Origin: a virus
Lineage: Duplodnaviria > Caudoviricetes
Length of the DNA: 64,000 nucleotides
Strand: one strand, 5' to 3'
Virus record (IMG/VR): IMGVR_UViG_3300010352_002815
Location: 33,516 to 97,515 of that record
The number at the start of each line of letters is the position of its first letter. Position 1 is the first letter of the stretch. Below, one piece after another: positions 60,001 to 64,000 of this stretch. The position numbers were made by a program, and so were the translations under genes. The notes beneath the pieces were generated by a model. It did not search any database, had not been told where the DNA came from, and saw only the letters and a list, made by a program, of their open reading frames with translations.

Positions 60001-61758
60001 TTTATCACTTAATGTACTAAATAAATTATAGTCTGAACTATCTTCTACTTTTTGTCGTATAACGTCATTAATATCAGAATCAATTTTATATAAACTAGAA
60101 TAAAATTCTAATCCAGAATGTTTTTTTGGTAAGTCATACATAGAAATTGCTGATGATTTATTAGAACAACTGCCAGGACCTTCGCCTTGTTTTTCACTTG
60201 CCGGACAGTTATAATTCAGTTTGATAAAATCATTGACAACGTCTAAGTATGCAGTGTCTTGTTTTTGTAATCCTAATTTTTTCATGTTAATTAAAGTAAC
60301 TTCATATTCTTCTGGATATCTAGCATCTTGTAAAACACCATTTAAAATCTGCCAGCCATCATTTTTTAGTTGTGACCATTCCATATGAAAATCGTTACCA
60401 GGTGGTTGATCATCAAACGTAGATGTAAATGCTCCAGATGGGTTGGTAGTATAACTTTCTATAATATCTTGGTTATATTTCCCTGCGCGGTACAATGTAA
60501 CTGGCTTTTCTTCAAATGCACGAGTTTCTGCAATTATTTTATCTTGCAAATATTTACCGAGTTGTGTACCACTTATTATTTCTGTTTTAATTTGGTTCCT
60601 TGCTTCATCTTGTCTGTTATTATCACCTGTTCTGTGAACAAGTCTCATTCCAGATATCCTAATATTTTCAGAATAGTTTGAAATATTATTATTGTATTTT
60701 ATAAGCTTCGAGTCTGCTACTTTTGCAGGATATTCATGGAATGAATCGTGACCATATTTAAAGCTATTGAAGGTTTCACCATTTTCTTGTACATTTTTAT
60801 CACTATCACCGCATTTATTACTATCATCAACAGTACCAGATTTACATTTATAATTTAATTTTATAAAATTACTAGCACCATTTAAATAAGCAGCATCCTC
60901 TCGAACGCCTTCTTGGTCATAATCATCTTCTGTAAGGGATGTAATCACACAACGACAGTTTGGGTGTCGGGGCGGTCTCATTAAGCCACCTTCCTCGCTC
61001 GGAAACTCTTCGTCAAACGGAATAGAAGTGCCATGTAATGCTGAGCACTCAGGACACGATCTTTCATCCAAGGCACAGTTCCAGACTTTGAATTTATGGC
61101 CGGCATCTTTCGCCCTAGCCATCATACCTTCGTTTTGGGCAATAACGTATTCTGTCCTATAAATTGTGTCTAACCTAGCTTTAGAATCCGTGTAGTCTTC
61201 CTGGAAAGAATCTTTAAAAAAGTCTTCGCCCTTACCCCAATTTGCGACCATCTGTTGTTTAAGGTTTTTGAGATCGGTTTCGGATAATGTTTTGCAAAGT
61301 TCTAGGCCGTGATTTTGGAAATAGTCACGGGCATAGTCAGCAACTTTCTCCGGTTTTGGAGCTTGCGGCATCACACTGGGTTTTATTGCGTCAGGCGGTA
61401 ATTCAACTTTGCCTGTAACCCCTTGCACGTAACTCGGCAAAATCAATGGCAAGAAAATAGCCGACCATAATGCCCAATTCTTTTCGGCTAACTTAGGCTT
61501 GATGTCTTCTTCGAAGTCGTACCAAACATCAAGCATGTCTTCCGGAATGTCACTATCATCAATTTCAATACCAGAGTCAATAAGGTCTTGCCAACGTTCC
61601 AGAAATTGTTCTTCGCGACTTAACTTTTCAGGACTCACCTCTGGAATTTCAGTACGCGATCCATCGGGCTTAATTAGAAATGTTTTGCCCTTTAGTTTGG
61701 AACGGTCAGACTTCTTGGCTTTTGCTTTTTTCTTAGTTAATTTTGATTTAAGTGACAT
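54016..61758 (-). CDS. MuF (SPP1 gp7-like) head protein fused to about 7 ART domains and a transglutaminase-like domain
   Basis: RLDTIYRTE, KVW...DERSCPEC..LHG, PPRHPNCRC MuF motifs, then eight tagged cassettes. Confidence 0.9.
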   Translation of the reverse strand: MSLKSKLTKKKAKAKKSDRSKLKGKTFLIKPDGSRTEIPEVSPEKLSREEQFLERWQDLIDSGIEIDDSDIPEDMLDVWYDFEEDIKPKLAEKNWALWSAIFLPLILPSYVQGVTGKVELPPDAIKPSVMPQAPKPEKVADYARDYFQNHGLELCKTLSETDLKNLKQQMVANWGKGEDFFKDSFQEDYTDSKARLDTIYRTEYVIAQNEGMMARAKDAGHKFKVWNCALDERSCPECSALHGTSIPFDEEFPSEEGGLMRPPRHPNCRCVITSLTEDDYDQEGVREDAAYLNGASNFIKLNYKCKSGTVDDSNKCGDSDKNVQENGETFNSFKYGHDSFHEYPAKVADSKLIKYNNNISNYSENIRISGMRLVHRTGDNNRQDEARNQIKTEIISGTQLGKYLQDKIIAETRAFEEKPVTLYRAGKYNQDIIESYTTNPSGAFTSTFDDQPPGNDFHMEWSQLKNDGWQILNGVLQDARYPEEYEVTLINMKKLGLQKQDTAYLDVVNDFIKLNYNCPASEKQGEGPGSCSNKSSAISMYDLPKKHSGLEFYSSLYKIDSDINDVIRQKVEDSSDYNLFSTLSDKWLRNVDTEAREDAIKIVEQNKVLRSYLLHESFGLELPKSLKLYRVGPIKPYSTNSFFVNKESAESYQKRMGIHSIDSYEVSIQDVIPSLSGSGEVWVPGDNESLKQDSDYLNDVTDFIKLNYKCPENPPGSGNFTCNNDNNTSKNIEYNKLTLLEEKNRNKRNIIKNKLNQIRNSYKSIIESSDAFKQSNKNIVDKKILIKQLENNLINKYGFLPNEQDLDYVKDKEILHNEYSELNKLKATLDNIRNNEITKLENNPKTQKIINLHKKLSNINSDLNDQILQHRKKDSTAKQQIINSIKNIDLSERELSILTGYSGSSKATAYNQLSSDLPTKYTKEEEQELIQESNELENIINKFKLPEQTKVLKGLNEETKNILSSLGAFEIGNEFNYSGFISTTFSKNVADQFATYNNNGKKILAEFILPKGTPAAYIDTISKYKHEDELLVNRNLDFVCDDIIEDSKSKTYIFKSINNIKQDSAYLNDVTDFIKLNYKCPENPPGSDNFTCPDKQETPISKVSKAASIIQDVPYKGSQAELEISDNMKKDVAQKLKNRLVPTKPTIFNIIPEYNKLLEKTNALILSGKTIHGIPQNEYKDALLYYSDNSRDLNRLLLSTNDQDRKSIALYNEETKYFNKYINILDSLAEQSKTEVPITLFSGISKEVYDFIPKNNKSFNIKTYISSTPSEEVSQRFANVAEDRQSLRNLDQPTNDKYVLEINTKPGTQAIALENWTKNVYGNEKTLYSDPEHPNRTYVINEDYSENPIRLEDWYKDIHPPDGQHEVILGRKNSYKFINEYKKDGYTYVVIEANNNEIQQDSAYLNDVAMHFNQSSIVDPTFPVIAMGMCLDGTKILGNWYSGHTVKYAYKVNPAPGHAWVFVDGEPIDSYYGRMPRTYEWMHPDKMFDSWDELNKYQQQSTVTWRWTPTNQDQAYLNDVASYIKLNYKCKKEDSPDGSNKCPETAKSSKSDKILDIKVTVPAGIVPPGTTAAEIGTKFTQPNGAPIRGTVIAANDIRIPNTLYHFTTHGDAVARSGKLLAGGVGGLGGDRRDQIVSMTTDPEIAYALKNDMIFAAKYGKAVTENPPPPREWNSEKKVWEGDRTEWFNTVVAPLLIQKATEDGFSKFDPHNDALMVPESYGPDDHLRSYFHSRESSNREQGKETPAKFKNPRIYTETSELAKIDPNDIKVVTIPKKNLDQGQLLTDFDLDNPFGLKEIRSYGDIPLETPVKLNTNVAYLDDVSEFIKQNYKCEFNGTDFKCDLPEPTNNDSKNLSTDDKSVLNYYTSYGYGKINSYLRDKTNHKGNNTPQELETTKQAVSKLETIIAKNKLSKPLTVFKGVSRVTFKEYGMPEVGKVFTDNGFCSTSTDLKIATQHANSGNAGALIKGGPSKGIIMRYTLPEGTEAVIIPTSEQEILVQHGTQFKITSIQKDKKYWTVDAEVVTNPNRNILNNNNQAINWMETKSFSKLLSDWKTGTFISTDEDLELKELIKEQAFDKKPKVVSENELNQIISSGNTELYRGFSNEQTIEQFKNGEYYIGKGLYGNGTYATNNSDTAKLYGANISHMALDKSAKVISEEKLIQEQQSFVDSLDSQKRYTPEYADADEKISLLIHLATDNGRFATLKGYDAITLSNGNTIVLNRGKLIISDQEQKSDSYKKSKLAKVRHTKHNEAYLDEVTNFIKLNYNCPENEKVGTGPGSCGGSKSDRIQRKIQSINDINKVNKILNNIDNYRQKLFARKAINKDPKKITDINNSISSLYDNYEYPLFIRKAQLEFKPPSGPYRNPYENVVKTTEKILSSNKEYEKSMITYVEDSHYITRELLRDPDMVREVVSPSEKSSYITKHKLDDNFSLTYNNVIANMDKIMKSSVLSDKIITYSGLSKDLWDKLPKDANSEFSVPTFISSSADKDVAKGFASFRNPNKDELYFLEIRSKPGTHVIATEQVAIRQHLGGSWTIGEGGVPGGKGSQQELIMNRGQSYKVVGIEQDGNFKKLIVETV

Positions 61759-61862
61759 TAATGGGTGACTCCATAATAAAAATATAATTGTTATATAAAA
61801 AGTTATAAATACGTTAAAAGCTATTCACTATATTTAAAATACTGCCTAGGAGGTGATTGAAA

Positions 61863-62000
61863 ATGGTTAAATTGTTCTACCAAAATTTAAACGACGTACA
61901 TCAACGAGCGGCTGCTCAAGACTACGAACACGATCGCCGATTCTTGCAGGACCATAAAATAAGTATGAAACGTTTAATGGAACGACTAAATAAAAGATAA
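61863..62000 (+). CDS. Small protein (45 aa) inserted antisense in the head operon
   Basis: Own translation MVKLFYQNLNDVHQRAAAQDYEHDRRF...; perfect GGAGGTGA RBS. Confidence 0.55.
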   Translation: MVKLFYQNLNDVHQRAAAQDYEHDRRFLQDHKISMKRLMERLNKR

Positions 62001-62004
62001 CGTT

Positions 62005-62295
62005 TCAAGACGTTTCATTAACTTTTTTTGCGAAGTATTTGGTTTTCTTGATTGAAGTCATTACGTCGTCCTTGATGCTAGTTAGGATGTCTTCGACTTC
62101 TGAGTCAAGTTTGGAAGGTGTTGCAAAGTCTTGGTAAGAGGCGTTTTGCTTGACCTTATCAAAGGCCTTCTTTAGTTGTTTGATCTCCTTTTCCAAACTT
62201 GATATTCTGTCTAGTACATCATCTAAATCGGACTTATCGCTATCCTTTGGTACTATTTCTATAGTATCTGGATCGAACGTGTACCTAGCATCCAT
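62005..62295 (-). CDS. Small coiled-coil head/core protein
   Basis: 96-aa coiled coil containing KQN and KVN motifs. Confidence 0.55.
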   Translation of the reverse strand: MDARYTFDPDTIEIVPKDSDKSDLDDVLDRISSLEKEIKQLKKAFDKVKQNASYQDFATPSKLDSEVEDILTSIKDDVMTSIKKTKYFAKKVNETS

Positions 62296-63708
62296 TTATT
62301 TTTCCTCTAATTCCATTATTTTTATTTTTCGTATGTTGCCATTTGGGTCAACGTAGTCCTCGTCCCGTGTACCAACCACAATATATTTAGAATCTTTTGG
62401 TACAAGTACTTCGCTTAAGCCAGCAAATGAAATATTATCACTAATGTAAACACCGGACTTAGACTTCTTAATGTTGAAAACGATGCTATTGTTGTTTTTA
62501 TTACCTTTTGAACCACTATCAACTGTACCAGTAGCATACTTCATTGCTATGTTTTTATCAGCTGTTGTGGCACTTAATGTATTCCAATTAAGTTCTTTTG
62601 AGTTCAATATATTACTGTATACATCGTCTGGTAAATTTCCAATGCCGCGAAATACTTCTCCATTAAATTTGGGCGCATCTCGAAGTATGCCTTCTATATT
62701 ATCAGACATTTCTTTTATTCCAGGATCTTTGTTTTTACCCTTTTGGTAATCAAGTATTTTACCGTCGTAAGATGCCCAGTTCTGCAACTTTTGGTAGTTA
62801 CCGTTTTTCGTATTGTTAAGCATCCAAACAGCGGTTTCAATTCTTGCCTTATCAGAATCTGATTTTGCATTCAGGTTAGCCATTTTGACTACTGAATCAA
62901 GATAGTCCTTACCTGATTTATCGAAAAATGCTAGGTTAATTAATACAGATGTTGTTTCTGGTTTTGATAGATCGGAAATATCAATTTGTGTGTTATCTAA
63001 GTATGTTTTCTTAGATGCCACAAATTCATCAAAATTTTTCTGTGTAGTTTTATCTGCTTTTGGTTCGATTTTGGTAGCTAATTCTTTTTTTGTGCCTTCT
63101 GAAATTGAAGCTTCATTAAGTACTTTAGTTTTTACAGGTAACGGTTTCTGAGGCTTTGAACTCCTTAATTTTTCGACTTCAGATTTTAGTGTTTGTTTAC
63201 TTTCAGGAGTCACTTTGCCAGATTTTACTTCCTGCGCAATTTTGGCAATAGCTTTTTTGGTAGACGTAATAGAAGTAGCAACTTCCTTGGATATTTTTGG
63301 ACCTTTAGTTGATGGACTTGTTCCTAATTTTTTGGAGAGTTGACTGACCTTTGATTTAATATCCATTATCGGACTGCCATCTGGCAGTGTAGTGGACTGT
63401 TTGCCCTTTGCAATTTCTGACTGTAAGAAAGCCAACTTGGATTCAGGGCTAGCTGATTTGTAGTCTTTGGACGTCTTAATTTCCGAAATTTGTGTACCAG
63501 AAACCTCAGTAGATTTCCCTGTAACTTTTTCAGCTTTTTTAGTTGGTTTGCTTTCCGGCTTTCCAAAACCCGGCGTATAACCTTTGCAACTTCCCTGGCC
63601 TTCCCCGTCCTTATAAGACTTTGGACAGTTAAAGTTAAGTTTCATGGCATCATCAAAATACATTTCGTAAAGATGACCTGCCTTTCCTGTAAACCTATAC
63701 CGAACCAT
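62296..63708 (-). CDS. Tagged VIP2-like ADP-ribosyltransferase with Lys-rich N-region
   Basis: MKLNFNCP...GEGQGSC tag; VFRGI / LSATT / LSEVLVP motifs. Confidence 0.8.
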   Translation of the reverse strand: MVRYRFTGKAGHLYEMYFDDAMKLNFNCPKSYKDGEGQGSCKGYTPGFGKPESKPTKKAEKVTGKSTEVSGTQISEIKTSKDYKSASPESKLAFLQSEIAKGKQSTTLPDGSPIMDIKSKVSQLSKKLGTSPSTKGPKISKEVATSITSTKKAIAKIAQEVKSGKVTPESKQTLKSEVEKLRSSKPQKPLPVKTKVLNEASISEGTKKELATKIEPKADKTTQKNFDEFVASKKTYLDNTQIDISDLSKPETTSVLINLAFFDKSGKDYLDSVVKMANLNAKSDSDKARIETAVWMLNNTKNGNYQKLQNWASYDGKILDYQKGKNKDPGIKEMSDNIEGILRDAPKFNGEVFRGIGNLPDDVYSNILNSKELNWNTLSATTADKNIAMKYATGTVDSGSKGNKNNNSIVFNIKKSKSGVYISDNISFAGLSEVLVPKDSKYIVVGTRDEDYVDPNGNIRKIKIMELEEK

Positions 63709-63712
63709 TTAT

Positions 63713-64000
63713 TTATTCCTCCAAGGATGCTAGAAGGTCTTCGGCTTCCGTTAATGTATTATCAACGTCTTCCTGGGAATATTCTTCGTCGGTGGGAGAT
63801 TCTTCATAAGATTCTTCAGGAGGAGTTTCTTCGCCTCCGCCGAACATTGATGCGAAGTCCATACCGCCGCCTTGCTGACCAGGAGGCTGCTGACCGCCGG
63901 TCCTCCAAATATTAAGTTCCTTTTCGAGTATTTCTCGTTCAGTAAGACCTTCCATCCAAGGAGCGGGGTCGAGTATTGGCAACCCAATTTCGGCCCTACA
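63713..64000 (-). CDS. Probable portal protein C-terminus (5' end outside window)
   Basis: Acidic, Gly/Pro-rich tail; position upstream of the MuF cluster. Confidence 0.5.
   Translation of the reverse strand, partial: CRAEIGLPILDPAPWMEGLTEREILEKELNIWRTGGQQPPGQQGGGMDFASMFGGGEETPPEESYEESPTDEEYSQEDVDNTLTEAEDLLASLEE

Larger units (their letters stand above)
45229..63660 (-). repeat. Dispersed protein tag repeat, 13 copies (FIKLNYxC...C)
   Basis: Approximate copies: 63583-63660, 60808-60900, 60166-60266, 59590-59690, 58480-58578, 57518-57565 (partial), 57131-57228, 56235-56330, 54901-55012, 53868-53958, 52868-52955, 47861-47932, 45229-45300. Confidence 0.92.

Noticed and set aside
52868-60900. 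Tag repeats as diversity-generating retroelement TR/VR pairs or inteins
   Set aside because: No reverse transcriptase in the window, mismatches are not adenine-specific, all copies are coding, and intein splice motifs are absent

Overview
The whole window is part of a large, AT-rich tailed virus (Caudoviricetes) with a contractile tail. The host is most likely an archaeon, probably a methanogen (inferred from BRE+TATA promoters, GGTGA/GGAGG ribosome-binding sites, leaderless genes and no peptidoglycan endolysin). Virion genes run on the minus strand from right to left: portal C-terminus, MuF head protein, prohead protease/scaffold, decoration protein, HK97-type major capsid, lysis cassette, neck, fibres, sheath, tube, frameshifted chaperone, tape measure and baseplate. 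Small plus-strand early-gene islands, three free-standing homing endonucleases, a DinG-like helicase and a phiEco32-like ATP-grasp/amidoligase/glutamine amidotransferase cluster interrupt them. The main discovery is a head-associated effector system at 44-64 kb. A 2580-aa MuF polyprotein and three neighbouring genes carry about 11 ADP-ribosyltransferase (ART) domains plus a transglutaminase-like domain. Nearly every effector follows a repeated tag, [KQ]QD-x-AYL-x-DV-x-x-FIKLNY-x-C-x(8-12)-C, seen in 13 copies including one inside the prohead protease. The K-[LQ]-N core of this tag also saturates the scaffold, pointing to protease-processed, capsid-packaged toxin cargo. Other findings: a fixed-spacing TATA-less late-promoter motif (8 copies), three ATA/ATT start codons, a -1 frameshift, a metacaspase in the endolysin slot, a divergent second tail-tube gene, a 25-aa module shared by three late genes and two promoter-driven hairpin RNA candidates. 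All family assignments come from reading motifs by eye; no database searches were run.
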